NCBI GenBank assembly: GCA_009391235.1
Contig: VEXD01000001.1
Span: 18,809 to 82,808, forward strand
Origin: SAR202 cluster bacterium AC-409-J13_OGT_754m
GTDB taxonomy: Bacteria; Chloroflexota; Dehalococcoidia; Lucifugimonadales; GCA-2712585
DNA: 64,000 bases
Reading direction: 5' to 3'
Numbering within the stretch: the first letter of the stretch is position 1; each line of letters opens with the position of its first letter. The translations under genes were made by a program, and so were the position numbers. Below the pieces are notes generated by a model. The model searched no databases. It saw only the letters and a list, made by a program, of their open reading frames with translations, and was not told where the DNA came from. Shown one piece after another: positions 46,417 through 56,887 of this stretch.

Positions 46417-48021
46417 ATGAAATCTCTGATAGACTCTAAATCATTCGCGTCCAAGACTAAACAAAATGGATCTATGTGGGTCCTATGGCTACCGTCAATG
46501 TTTGTGGTAATAGCCATGAGCCTCCCACTAATATGGCTATTTGCAAGAAGCATTGATGCAGGTTCGGATTTCTGGGATCTGGTTTTACGGCCACGTACTC
46601 TATCTATAATGCTTCGCTCTATCAGTCTAGTCATAGCAGTTACAATTACTTCAGCTTTGATTGCCGTACCAATGGCTTGGCTCACCACTCGTACCGATTT
46701 ACCATATCGTAAGCTATGGGGAATAATTGCTCCTTTGCCGTTGGTGATTCCTAGTTACATAGGAGCCTTTTTGGTAGTAATAGCACTAGGGCCTAAAGGT
46801 CTCCTTCAAGATGGACTAGACCTTGTTTTTGGTATCGAGCAAATACCAAGCATTTATGGTTTTACTGGAGCATGGCTAACTCTATCCCTGCTAAGTTATC
46901 CCTATATATTCTTACCTGTAAGAGCAACTCTTTCCAGAATGGATCGTTCTATTGAAGAAGCTTCTCATAATCTGGGCAAGGGCTCATGGTCAACTTTTAA
47001 AAACATTACCCTTCCTTTGTTAAAACCATCCATAACATCTGGTGGAATATTAGTAGCTTTATATACATTAACGGACTTTGGAGCAGTTTCCATTTTGCAT
47101 TATGAAACATTTACATGGGCAGTCTATATTCAATTCGAATCTATGATAGACAGGTCTATGGCATCTATATTTTCACTTATATTGGTTCTGTTAGCAATAT
47201 TGATTTTGTTACCTACAACATTATATTCGAATAAAGGCAGACTATACCGTAACGACCCTGGCACTCCAACTCTGCCTCCACCTATACCATTAGGGAAATG
47301 GCGCTTTATAGCGACTTTATTCTGTATCATTGTTATCTTATTCTCTCTAGTAATACCAATGTCTGTGCTAACATATTGGTTAGTCCGAGGATTCGAGTTC
47401 TTCCCAAGTTTAACAAATATTTTAACTGCTACATGGAATACTTTCAGCATTGCTATTATCGCTTCTATAATGGCCTTAGTATCATCCATCCCAATAGCCA
47501 TACTCGCGGTAAGATATCCTAACTCATGGACTAAACTTTTAGAACGGTGGACATACATGGGATTCGCATTACCAGGATTGGTAATTGCGCTTGCCTTGGT
47601 ATTTTTCGGATCACAATTTGCTACACCACTATATCAAACTAGGACCTTATTAGTGTTCGGTTATTTAATCTTATTTATCCCTGGATGCCTAGGATCTTTG
47701 CAATCTTCACTGGAGCAGATAAACCCACGTTTAGAGGAAGCGGCACGAAGCTTAGGAAGCGGTGGCCTGAAGGTCTTCTTGTCTATAACCTTGCCCCTAT
47801 TAAGACCAGGAATCATGTCAGGTTTAGCACTTGTATTCCTTTTGACAGCAAAAGAATTGCCTGCCACGTTGATATTAGCACCAATCGGGTTTAGCACATT
47901 AGCTACGTTAATCTGGTCTAACGCATCGGAGGCCTTCTTCGCTCAAACAGCGGCATATTCTTTAGTCCTAATTCTGCTATCATCCTTACCAATGATATTT
48001 CTAATTTCAAAAAGAACGTAA
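46417..48021 (+). CDS. Iron ABC transporter permease (duplicated TM domain, FbpB-like)
   Basis: 534 aa. Two MetI-like halves, each with an EAA-type loop (IEEASHNLGKGSWSTF and LEEAARSLGSGGLKVF). Confidence 0.85.
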   Translation: MKSLIDSKSFASKTKQNGSMWVLWLPSMFVVIAMSLPLIWLFARSIDAGSDFWDLVLRPRTLSIMLRSISLVIAVTITSALIAVPMAWLTTRTDLPYRKLWGIIAPLPLVIPSYIGAFLVVIALGPKGLLQDGLDLVFGIEQIPSIYGFTGAWLTLSLLSYPYIFLPVRATLSRMDRSIEEASHNLGKGSWSTFKNITLPLLKPSITSGGILVALYTLTDFGAVSILHYETFTWAVYIQFESMIDRSMASIFSLILVLLAILILLPTTLYSNKGRLYRNDPGTPTLPPPIPLGKWRFIATLFCIIVILFSLVIPMSVLTYWLVRGFEFFPSLTNILTATWNTFSIAIIASIMALVSSIPIAILAVRYPNSWTKLLERWTYMGFALPGLVIALALVFFGSQFATPLYQTRTLLVFGYLILFIPGCLGSLQSSLEQINPRLEEAARSLGSGGLKVFLSITLPLLRPGIMSGLALVFLLTAKELPATLILAPIGFSTLATLIWSNASEAFFAQTAAYSLVLILLSSLPMIFLISKRT

Positions 48022-48027
48022 AGCGTA

Positions 48028-49086
48028 ATGATAAACAATCCTATATTACGATGCCTTAACCTCAACAAAACCTTTAAGGATAGTTACGCTGTTACTGATA
48101 TAACCTTCGAAATATCTGAAGGTGAAATCCTTGCTATATTAGGACCAAGTGGATGTGGCAAAACAACTACACTTAGACTCATAGCGGGATTCGAAACACC
48201 TGAGTTAGGATCAATAGAGATTGCTGGTAAATTAATGTCTGGGCCAGGAACATTCATTGCTCCGGAAAAAAGGAATGTAGGCATGGTATTTCAAGATTAT
48301 GCCCTCTTCCCCCACTTATCAGTTATAGATAATGTAGGATACGGTCTCAAGAATACTGGTCAAGAGGAAGCTAGGTTACGTATGGTATTAACCATGGCCG
48401 GGCTTGTAAGACTACAAAACCGCATGCCAAACGAACTCTCCGGCGGCGAACAGCAACGCGTAGCCCTGGCGAGGGCATTAGTAAGATCACCTAATATACT
48501 ACTATTAGACGAGCCATTTTCTAACCTCGACATTAAACTTCGGCAACAAGTTAGAGTAGAAGTAAAAGATATTCTTAAGAATAATGGAGTTAGCAGCCTA
48601 TTCGTAACCCACGACCAAAGAGAAGCATTCGAAATGGGGGACAGAATCATAATATTGAACGAAGGACATATTGAACAAGTAGGAACTGCAGAGGATATCT
48701 ACGAGCATCCTAATACTACTTTTGTAGCCCAATTTGTAGGCATAGCTGATTTTTTGCCAATTTATACTACCGCTAATACTACCCAATGTGCTTTGGGCTC
48801 TTTATACATTAAGCAAAACCTGACTAACATGGCAAACGTAACATTGATGATCAGGCCAACCGATACATCAATATGCCCATCCGATCAAGGATCAGGCACC
48901 ATCATTTCTCGCATATACCAAGGAGCCTTCACTCTTTATCGCATACTTTTGAACACAGGCGATTTTGTTCATTCGCTAGTTCCATCCAAACAAAAACTCC
49001 AAATTGGAACAAAAGTAAACTTACGATTAAAATCCGATCATATCCCACGATGCTTCGAAGGTGATAGGGCTATAAATATCGCTTAG
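48028..49086 (+). CDS. ABC transporter ATP-binding protein (FbpC-like)
   Basis: 352 aa. GPSGCGKTT Walker A, LSGGEQQRVALARAL signature, LLLDEPFSNLD Walker B, and a C-terminal TOBE-like domain. Confidence 0.9.
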   Translation: MINNPILRCLNLNKTFKDSYAVTDITFEISEGEILAILGPSGCGKTTTLRLIAGFETPELGSIEIAGKLMSGPGTFIAPEKRNVGMVFQDYALFPHLSVIDNVGYGLKNTGQEEARLRMVLTMAGLVRLQNRMPNELSGGEQQRVALARALVRSPNILLLDEPFSNLDIKLRQQVRVEVKDILKNNGVSSLFVTHDQREAFEMGDRIIILNEGHIEQVGTAEDIYEHPNTTFVAQFVGIADFLPIYTTANTTQCALGSLYIKQNLTNMANVTLMIRPTDTSICPSDQGSGTIISRIYQGAFTLYRILLNTGDFVHSLVPSKQKLQIGTKVNLRLKSDHIPRCFEGDRAINIA

Positions 49087-49094
49087 AGACCACC

Positions 49095-52000
49095 TTATCC
49101 CAAATCAGAAGCACCAAGGTTAAAATATTTGGCCTGAGGGTGGTGAAATACTAAAGCACTAACTGAACCTTCAGGCTCCATCATAAATCCTTCGGTAAGA
49201 GTAACGCCTATATTGGATTCCGGTTTAAGTAATTCCCAGAGAATCTCCTGGTCTTCTAGTTTTGGACATGCAGGATACCCAAAAGAGTATCGTCTACCCC
49301 TATAATTCGCTTTAAAAATATCTGATGGTTGTATGCCTAGCGCATCTGGAAATCCCCACATTCTTCTTATTTTTTGATGCAATATTTCTGCAAATCCCTC
49401 TGCGCCCTCTAAAGCCAAGACTTGCAGTATATGAGATGCAAGATATTCTCCAGACTCCATCCATCGATTGGCTAAATCCCTTACCCCTGGACCCACTGTA
49501 GTTACAAAAGTAGCCACGTAATCAGCTTTCCCTGAACTAAATGGCGTTAGATAATCAGATATACATAGACCTTCCCCGGACAATTGACGACCAAAACTAA
49601 ACCGTTGGATAATTTCTTTACCGTCACCACTAAGTATCAGTGTATCGTTACCTTCAGATGCTGACCGGAAAAAACCATAAACTGCTTTGGCCTGTATATC
49701 AGGTGACTTAATCATAACCTCTTGCACCTGTTCAACCTTATCCTTTAATTCTTTAGCCCTTGGGTCCCCATTTTTCAATGCGTCTTCAAATTTTCCGCGA
49801 AAACCCAAATGCCTCACATACAACATAACCGGATTTATGTAATCAAAAATTTCTGCCAACTCATAATCCAACAATTTATGAATCAAAAGATCTGGCGGAA
49901 CTGGAGGATCCTCTATTAATTGCACCGATGGTCTTATGTTAACTTTAGGTTGCAATTTTTCCCTATTAATATCCTTAGCTTCCTGGTCAGATTTTAACAA
50001 TTTGTATTCTTCATCAATTCTTGACGCGAGATTTTGTAGTTTTTCTGGCTGTCTAATTTGATTAGCCAAGTCTAATCCAGTCATAGCATCTCTAGCATAG
50101 ACTACTATTCCATCATACTCTGGACCTATACGAAGACGAGTAAATCTGTTGCTCAACGCCGCACCACCTACCAAAATCGGGCATACTATCTCTGAATTTT
50201 TAAGATCTCTAGCTGTTTCCATCATCATTTGAGTTGATTTTACTAGCAAACCTGAAAGACCAATCATGTCTGGTAGATAATCTTGATATGCTTGAATTAA
50301 CTCTTGTGAAGTTATCTTAATTCCCAAGTTGATGACCTTATATCCGTTGTTAGAAAGGATAATATCAACTAAGTTTTTCCCTATATCATGAACATCTCCT
50401 TTTACGGTAGCAAGAAGCATAGTGCCCCTAGAAGCTAGTTCATCCTTATCCATATAAGGTTCCAAAAATGACACGGCCGCTTTCATGGATTCTGCTGAAC
50501 TTAAAACCTCTGCAACAATGAGTTCATTGCTAGCAAAAAGCTTACCTACTTCATCCATTCCAGCCATTAAAGGTCCATTGATGATTTCTAATGGATACCG
50601 ATTCAAAAGAGCCTCTTGTAAATCTTCAAACAGCCCATCTTTAGTTCCATCTATAACACAAAACGCTATTCTATCGTCTAATGGGGCACCCTTCCGTCTA
50701 TCAAGCACATTCTTGTTTTTGCGTTCCCGGAAATGTGCAGCAAAGTCACCTATTGGATCATTGCCCGTCCACCAAATAAGGTTTTCCGCTAATTTCCTTT
50801 CTTCCTCTGGTATTGATGGATATCTGATTATCATTTGGCTATTTACTATTGCCATATCCAATCCAGCTTGAACGCAATGGTATAAGAAAACCGAATTCAA
50901 TACCTCTCTGCCTGCCGGAGGCAATCCGAAAGACACATTTGAGATTCCTAATACTGTTTTAGCCAATGGAAATTCTTCTTTTATTAATCGAATGCCTTCA
51001 ATTGTTTCTAAACCAGAACCAATATAATTCTTGTCTCCAGTTCCTACAGGAAATACTAGTGGGTCAAAGATGATATTCTCCCCAAGAAGCCCATACTTCT
51101 CAGTAAGTAATTTATAGGACCGCCGGGCAATTTCCAATTTGCGAGTCTTAGTTATCGCTTGTGCCTGTTCTTTATCATCATCTATGCAACCTACTACTAC
51201 GGCGGCACCAAATTTATGAACTAAAGGGATTACCTGAGCAAATCTTTCTTCACCATCTTCAAGATTGATAGAATTAATAATTGACTTGCCTGGGGTGCGT
51301 TTTAAGGCGTTAGCTATCACATTGGGATCAGTGGAATCTATTACGATTCCTACCTTTACCTTACGTGTTAAAAACTCAAGAAATTCGTCCACGTCCGCCA
51401 TTTCATCGCGATCAGGATCCTGTAGGCAAACATCCAGAAGGGAAGCTCCTCCTCTAACCTGTCGGCGGCCCAATTCTGCAGCCTCTTCCCACATTGCTTC
51501 ACTTACCCATTTTTTGAATTTCCTGCTACCTAATACATTTGTCCTCTCTCCTATCAGAACTGGTCGAGTATTTTCGTCAATAATCAACGATTCTAGCCCA
51601 GAAACAACCGTGGTTCTGTTAGATACCACCTCTCTGGGAGGCACCCCCCTAACTCCCTCGATTAACTTACCAACGTGTTCAATAGTTGTGCCGCAACATC
51701 CGCCTACGACGTTAGCCCATCCTTCCCTAATGTAAGAATTCACGGTTGCAGAAAATATATCTGGTGTTTCGTTATATTGACCATCTTCATCTGGCAACCC
51801 AGCGTTAGGAATTACAGATACTGGAAATTTAGAAATTTGAGATAATCCACGTAAATGTCCTCTCATGAACTCCGGCCCGGTTGCACAATTCATGCCTATC
51901 CATAATAAATCTCTATGCGATAGTGAATTATAAAATGCTTCAATATCCTGGCCTCCCAAAGTAGTCCCCATAATTTCAATGGTGCACTGAACGGCAACTG

Positions 52001-52574
52001 GAATATCTATGCTGCGCTCTTCAGAAAGACGCTCTATTGCCACAAGCGCAGCTTTAACATTCAATATATCTTGAGAAGTTTCCACCAACAACAAATCTAC
52101 TCCTCCATCCACTAGTCCAGACACTTGGATATAATAGTGATTCATTAATTCATCCCAAGAGATGCCCTTAGTAAGAGCCAATGATTTGGTAGTGGGTCCA
52201 ATCGATCCCGCTACAAATCTCGGATGTTCTATTGTAGACAGTTCATCAACCACTTCTCGCGCTATTCTTGCTGAGGCCTGATTTATTTCTAAGGCGATAT
52301 CTTCTAATCCATATTCAGCCAGAACCAACGGTGTACTTCCAAAAGAATTCGTCTCTACTATGTCTACGCCAATTTCCAAATAAGCCCGATGTATATCCAT
52401 GATTAAATCCGGACGTGTAATATTGAGATATTCATTACATCCTTCATATTGCAGACCGCCAAAATCACTTGGAGACAACCCTGCATCTTGTATTGCAGTA
52501 CCCATTGCTCCATCCAATACCAAAACTTGTTCTTTCAACAGCTTGCTAATATCAATTTTCGTCCGGTTCTTCAC
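49095..52574 (-). CDS. metH: Cobalamin-dependent methionine synthase
   Basis: 1159 aa. Homocysteine-binding, pterin-binding and B12-binding (GDVHDIGKN = DxHxxG) domains plus the AdoMet reactivation domain. Confidence 0.95.
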   Translation of the reverse strand: MKNRTKIDISKLLKEQVLVLDGAMGTAIQDAGLSPSDFGGLQYEGCNEYLNITRPDLIMDIHRAYLEIGVDIVETNSFGSTPLVLAEYGLEDIALEINQASARIAREVVDELSTIEHPRFVAGSIGPTTKSLALTKGISWDELMNHYYIQVSGLVDGGVDLLLVETSQDILNVKAALVAIERLSEERSIDIPVAVQCTIEIMGTTLGGQDIEAFYNSLSHRDLLWIGMNCATGPEFMRGHLRGLSQISKFPVSVIPNAGLPDEDGQYNETPDIFSATVNSYIREGWANVVGGCCGTTIEHVGKLIEGVRGVPPREVVSNRTTVVSGLESLIIDENTRPVLIGERTNVLGSRKFKKWVSEAMWEEAAELGRRQVRGGASLLDVCLQDPDRDEMADVDEFLEFLTRKVKVGIVIDSTDPNVIANALKRTPGKSIINSINLEDGEERFAQVIPLVHKFGAAVVVGCIDDDKEQAQAITKTRKLEIARRSYKLLTEKYGLLGENIIFDPLVFPVGTGDKNYIGSGLETIEGIRLIKEEFPLAKTVLGISNVSFGLPPAGREVLNSVFLYHCVQAGLDMAIVNSQMIIRYPSIPEEERKLAENLIWWTGNDPIGDFAAHFRERKNKNVLDRRKGAPLDDRIAFCVIDGTKDGLFEDLQEALLNRYPLEIINGPLMAGMDEVGKLFASNELIVAEVLSSAESMKAAVSFLEPYMDKDELASRGTMLLATVKGDVHDIGKNLVDIILSNNGYKVINLGIKITSQELIQAYQDYLPDMIGLSGLLVKSTQMMMETARDLKNSEIVCPILVGGAALSNRFTRLRIGPEYDGIVVYARDAMTGLDLANQIRQPEKLQNLASRIDEEYKLLKSDQEAKDINREKLQPKVNIRPSVQLIEDPPVPPDLLIHKLLDYELAEIFDYINPVMLYVRHLGFRGKFEDALKNGDPRAKELKDKVEQVQEVMIKSPDIQAKAVYGFFRSASEGNDTLILSGDGKEIIQRFSFGRQLSGEGLCISDYLTPFSSGKADYVATFVTTVGPGVRDLANRWMESGEYLASHILQVLALEGAEGFAEILHQKIRRMWGFPDALGIQPSDIFKANYRGRRYSFGYPACPKLEDQEILWELLKPESNIGVTLTEGFMMEPEGSVSALVFHHPQAKYFNLGASDLG

Positions 52575-52899
52575 TACTTAGATTTCTCCAATTTGCAAAT
52601 TATTACAACTATGCTCGTATCATTAACAACAAATGTAGGTTCTCATTTAACACCCTAACCCCAACCACTTAATAAAACATTCAATTAACTTACGGCAACA
52701 TAAAGACTAAACCATTCAATACCTAAGTATAAATGTTTATACATCAATATAAATATATTTGTTTGAGTCTACATCAATGAATAATCATCTTAATGCCCGC
52801 AACGGGGATGCAATCACTAAATTCCTAACTATTGTTAACCACACATTTGTGGGATAATGTTTATGTTCTCATAAACCAACGACTATTCTAGAGGCACAT

Positions 52900-53421
52900 A
52901 TGTCAAAGAGTTATTGGATAGTAGTGAAAACCCCAGAAAACTTCTCTATATTAAAAAAGCGCAAATTTGACATGGTTGGTTTAACCTCCCATCATCGAAA
53001 GAAGGTTCAACGGATGGAGCCTGATGATAGAGTGCTAATTTATATTTCTCATAAAAGATGTTTTGCTGCTAGCACAATTGTAACTTCCTCAATGGTCGAA
53101 GATAGTTCACCAATGTGGCAACCTCAAGGAAGTAGTCAACTACCATTCAGAGTAGGAATAAAACCAGACATAATACTGGCTGAAAACCAATTTATCGAAG
53201 CACAACATATAGCTCCCAGAATGGATTATATAAAAAGATGGACTCCCGAATTATGGCACCTAGCTTTTCAGGATACAGTCCACCTAATATCCAAGGCTGA
53301 CTTCTATCTTATAGAACATGAAATGCTACGGTCGAAAACATCCCAAACGGTCATTAATCGTCAGGCTTCTAATCAATACTCGAACTTATCCGGTTGTATT
53401 CTAGATACTACGTCACGGTAA
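52900..53421 (+). CDS. EVE/PUA-like domain protein (UPF0310-like)
   Basis: 173 aa. MSKSYWIVVKTPENF...VQRMEPDDRVLIYIS resembles the YW(L/I)...GD.v..Y pattern of EVE-domain proteins (recalled). Isolated + strand gene after the largest intergenic gap. Confidence 0.5.
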   Translation: MSKSYWIVVKTPENFSILKKRKFDMVGLTSHHRKKVQRMEPDDRVLIYISHKRCFAASTIVTSSMVEDSSPMWQPQGSSQLPFRVGIKPDIILAENQFIEAQHIAPRMDYIKRWTPELWHLAFQDTVHLISKADFYLIEHEMLRSKTSQTVINRQASNQYSNLSGCILDTTSR

Positions 53422-53477
53422 ATACCGAATCAAAAAAGTAGTTACCACAACTGGAATTTGTAGAGCCTATTTTATAA

Positions 53478-56237
53478 CTACTTGTCGTCCCTCAACGCCG
53501 CCTGAGCTGCAGCCAAGCGGGCTACAGGCACTCTAAATGGACTGGAGCTAACGTAGTTAAGTCCAGTACGGTGACAAAAATCTATGCTGGCCGGATCGCC
53601 ACCATGCTCACCACAAATGCCAACCTCTAAATCAGGTTTAACTTTTCTGCCTTTTTCCACCGCAATCTGGATCAACGAACCTACCCCTTCAGCATCCAAA
53701 GTTAGGAATGGATCTTCTGGAAGTACACCATCTTCTATATAAGCTCTCAAAAATTTACCTTCCGCATCATCCCTGCTATAACCAAAAGTAGTCTGTGTCA
53801 AATCATTAGTGCCAAAGCTGAAGAAATCAGATTCAGATGCCAACTTGTCTGCTGTAAGAGCCGCTCTGGGTACTTCTATCATGGTCCCAAACTTATAACG
53901 AACTCCAACCCCTCGCTCATCTTGAATGGTTTTAGCTACCTTAGTCAATCTCTCTCTTAATATAACCATCTCATTAACATGAGATGTTAATGGAATCATA
54001 ATTTCTGGTTGCACCGATTGGCCTTTCAATTGCAACTCACAACAAGCTGTCATAATAGCCTTTACCTGCATCCTATACACTGATGGAAACGATATGCCTA
54101 ATCTGCAACCCCTATGCCCCAGCATAGGGTTAGCTTCCCTTGATTGCTCAAGAAGTTCAAGCAATCTTTCAGTTTCTTGAAGTTCTTCGTCATTTGGATT
54201 GCTCATCTTCAATTCTGTAGACTTCCTTACCAATTCTTCATAACGCGGCAAGAACTCGTGGAGAGGAGCATCCAAAAGCCTAATGATAACAGGCCGATCT
54301 CCCATGATATTAAGAATGTCAGTAAAATCCTTTACTTGTAATTTTTCCAATTCTCCCAAAGCTTCATAATAGGTAGCTACCCCTAAAGGCAAATCTTCAG
54401 GCAAAGAATCACTTATGCTAAGTAAATCCACTTCTCCATGTGCAGATTGCCAATTTTCGGCTTCAGCCGCGTTCAAAAGCATCCGCTGAACTACAGCTAC
54501 TCGCTCAGGACCTAAAAACATGTGTTCAGTTCTGCATAAACCTATCCCTTCTGCCCCCATAGACAAAGCTCTTTTAGCATCAGATTCAGTATCCGCATTC
54601 GCCCATACTCCAAGAGTTCTAAATTCGTCCGCCCAAGATAATAACTGACGCGCTTCATTTAATTCATCTAGGTTAGGAGCAACGGTTGTAATATGCTTTT
54701 TAAAAACCTCTCCAGTAGCACCGTCTATGCTAATTTCATCACCCTCTTTAATAACCTGGCCGCGTGATCCAAAAAATGAACCATCTCTTGCGAATTTAAT
54801 TTCTTCAGTTCCAACAATACAAGGCTTCCCCAATCCCCTTGTAACAACTGCTGCATGACTAGTTGTTCCTCCGCGACTAGTTAGAATTCCTACAGACTGT
54901 AAGATGCCATTAATATCGTCGGGAGTAGTTTCAGCTCTTACCAGTATTACACTTTCACCTCGCATTCCAGCTTCAGCTGCACGATTGGGATCAAAAACGG
55001 CTAATCCAGTCGCAGCCCCTGGTGAGGCAGGAGTTCCAACAGCTATAAGTTCTCCTTCGGATACAGCTCTTTTCCTATCGTCATCATCAAAACGAGGAAC
55101 AAATAACATAGAGAGTTGATCCGGTTCTACTCTCTGAATTGATTCCTTCTTGGTTATAAGTCCCTCTACGACCATATCTACAGCCGTCTTGACAGCAGCA
55201 GCGGCAGTTCGTTGCGCACCCCTAGTTTGAAGTAAATACAAACGTTCCTGTTCAACTGTAAATTCAACGTCCTGAACATCACGATAATGTGTTTCTAGTT
55301 GCTTTGCGAGGCCCATAAGTTTTTCATAAATCACTGGATGACTTTCACCTAATTGCGAGACTGGATATGGTGTGCGGACACCAGCTACCACGTCCTCACC
55401 CTGTGCATTAGGCAAATATTCCCCATATATATAGTTTTCACCAGTCGCTGGATTCCTGGTGAAAAGCACCCCTGTTCCACTATTCTGACCAGTATTCCCA
55501 AAGACCATAGCCTGTATATTGACTCCTGTTCCAAGATCATGTGGGATGCCGCGATAATTTCTATAGTCCATAGCTCTTTGATTGTTCCAGCTTTCAAATA
55601 CTGCTATCACCGCCTCTCTTAATTGAGTCCACGGATCAGACGGGAAAGGTTTTCCTGTGACCTCTATTATCAATTCTTTATACTTATTTACTAATTCAAC
55701 AAGATCTTCCGGCCCTAACTCATGATCTAATACAACTCCTGCATTTATTTTTTGTTCGTCTAAAATTTTCTCAAACTCAGAAGATTCCATGCCCATAGCA
55801 ACATTACCAAAGATCTGTAAAAACCTTCGGTATGCATCCATAGCTGAACGCTTTTCGCCCATAAGTTCAACTAGCCCTTCCACTATATCGTCATTAATGC
55901 CCAGATTAAGGATCGTATCCATCATCCCAGGCATGGAGAATCTGGCTCCTGATCTAACTGAAACTAAGAGAGGCTGCTTTGCGTCACCAAACTTGCGCCC
56001 TACACTTGCTTCTAAAACACGCATGTTAGCTTCAATATCTTCCCAAAGACCTTCAGGCATCTTCTTCCCCAGATCATAATATTCCAGACTAACTTCAGTT
56101 GTAATCACAAAACCCGGGGGTACAGGAAGGCCCATCTTAACCATTTCAGATAAGTTGGCTCCTTTACCTCCCAAAAGATTACGCATAGTCGCATTACCTT
56201 CATCGAACCTATATACACGCTTTTTCTTCCCATTCAT
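53478..56237 (-). CDS. ppdK: Pyruvate, phosphate dikinase
   Basis: MNGKKKRVYRFDEGNATMRNLLGGKGANLSEM N-terminus, GGTTSHAAVVTRG phospho-His motif and a C-terminal PEP-utilising TIM barrel. The track start 56261 is 8 codons upstream of the family-typical ATG 56237. Confidence 0.95.
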   Translation of the reverse strand: MNGKKKRVYRFDEGNATMRNLLGGKGANLSEMVKMGLPVPPGFVITTEVSLEYYDLGKKMPEGLWEDIEANMRVLEASVGRKFGDAKQPLLVSVRSGARFSMPGMMDTILNLGINDDIVEGLVELMGEKRSAMDAYRRFLQIFGNVAMGMESSEFEKILDEQKINAGVVLDHELGPEDLVELVNKYKELIIEVTGKPFPSDPWTQLREAVIAVFESWNNQRAMDYRNYRGIPHDLGTGVNIQAMVFGNTGQNSGTGVLFTRNPATGENYIYGEYLPNAQGEDVVAGVRTPYPVSQLGESHPVIYEKLMGLAKQLETHYRDVQDVEFTVEQERLYLLQTRGAQRTAAAAVKTAVDMVVEGLITKKESIQRVEPDQLSMLFVPRFDDDDRKRAVSEGELIAVGTPASPGAATGLAVFDPNRAAEAGMRGESVILVRAETTPDDINGILQSVGILTSRGGTTSHAAVVTRGLGKPCIVGTEEIKFARDGSFFGSRGQVIKEGDEISIDGATGEVFKKHITTVAPNLDELNEARQLLSWADEFRTLGVWANADTESDAKRALSMGAEGIGLCRTEHMFLGPERVAVVQRMLLNAAEAENWQSAHGEVDLLSISDSLPEDLPLGVATYYEALGELEKLQVKDFTDILNIMGDRPVIIRLLDAPLHEFLPRYEELVRKSTELKMSNPNDEELQETERLLELLEQSREANPMLGHRGCRLGISFPSVYRMQVKAIMTACCELQLKGQSVQPEIMIPLTSHVNEMVILRERLTKVAKTIQDERGVGVRYKFGTMIEVPRAALTADKLASESDFFSFGTNDLTQTTFGYSRDDAEGKFLRAYIEDGVLPEDPFLTLDAEGVGSLIQIAVEKGRKVKPDLEVGICGEHGGDPASIDFCHRTGLNYVSSSPFRVPVARLAAAQAALRDDK

Positions 56238-56368
56238 TTGAGGACGATCTCCTAAAACCATTTAGACTTCTAATTGTATATCAAATAAAATTGGTTATCA
56301 TGCAATAATATACTTGCTATCCTGGGTTTTAAAACAATTTCCCCAAACCCATATGATAAAATAACCTC

Positions 56369-56800
56369 ATGAATTCATTATATCCATTACATGTGGAAGC
56401 ACATAGAACCTCGTTGCTTACTCGACTTATTGGATGGATAGGTTGGGGCATTATATTAATCTCTATGGTGAGTGCTGTAATCAACCCTAGGGATATTATA
56501 AGTGTCTTAGGTTTCCTTGGAGCTGGAATTCTTCTAGCTGCAAGTCAATGGTTTCTGGCCCCAAGATGGTACGAACTCTATAATGACCGTATAATAGTAA
56601 CATATGGTAAACCTAGAGAACGCATCGTCTTATTTGATGAAATATCCGCTGTCCAGATACATCGTAGTCCAGTATCTCTGGAAATAAAGATCAAGATTGC
56701 GAATAACCGTATAGTTTCCTTAACACCTCTAAATCCCGCTGAATTTGAACAAAAAATAATGCAAGCCGTTACACAATATACGGGTATAGAAAAAAGATAA
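56369..56800 (+). CDS. Hypothetical membrane protein (two TM helices plus a small C-terminal domain)
   Basis: 143 aa. Hydrophobic helices LIGWIGWGIILISMVSAV and VLGFLGAGILLAASQWF. No recognised motif. Confidence 0.5.
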   Translation: MNSLYPLHVEAHRTSLLTRLIGWIGWGIILISMVSAVINPRDIISVLGFLGAGILLAASQWFLAPRWYELYNDRIIVTYGKPRERIVLFDEISAVQIHRSPVSLEIKIKIANNRIVSLTPLNPAEFEQKIMQAVTQYTGIEKR

Positions 56801-56887
56801 TCTCTTTATTAACAAAAACTAGATAAGGAAAAATTGCACATCTATTACCATTATCCTTAGCCGGGGTTAACAATTATCATTTAAATC

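Noticed and set aside
52575-52899. Cobalamin or SAM riboswitch upstream of metH, and a DnaA box at 52848-52857
   Set aside because: There is no GCCACTG-type B12 box or GC-rich multi-helix core. TGTGGGATAA differs from the 9-mer TGTGGATAA by an inserted G and occurs once, so it is not evidence for an origin.
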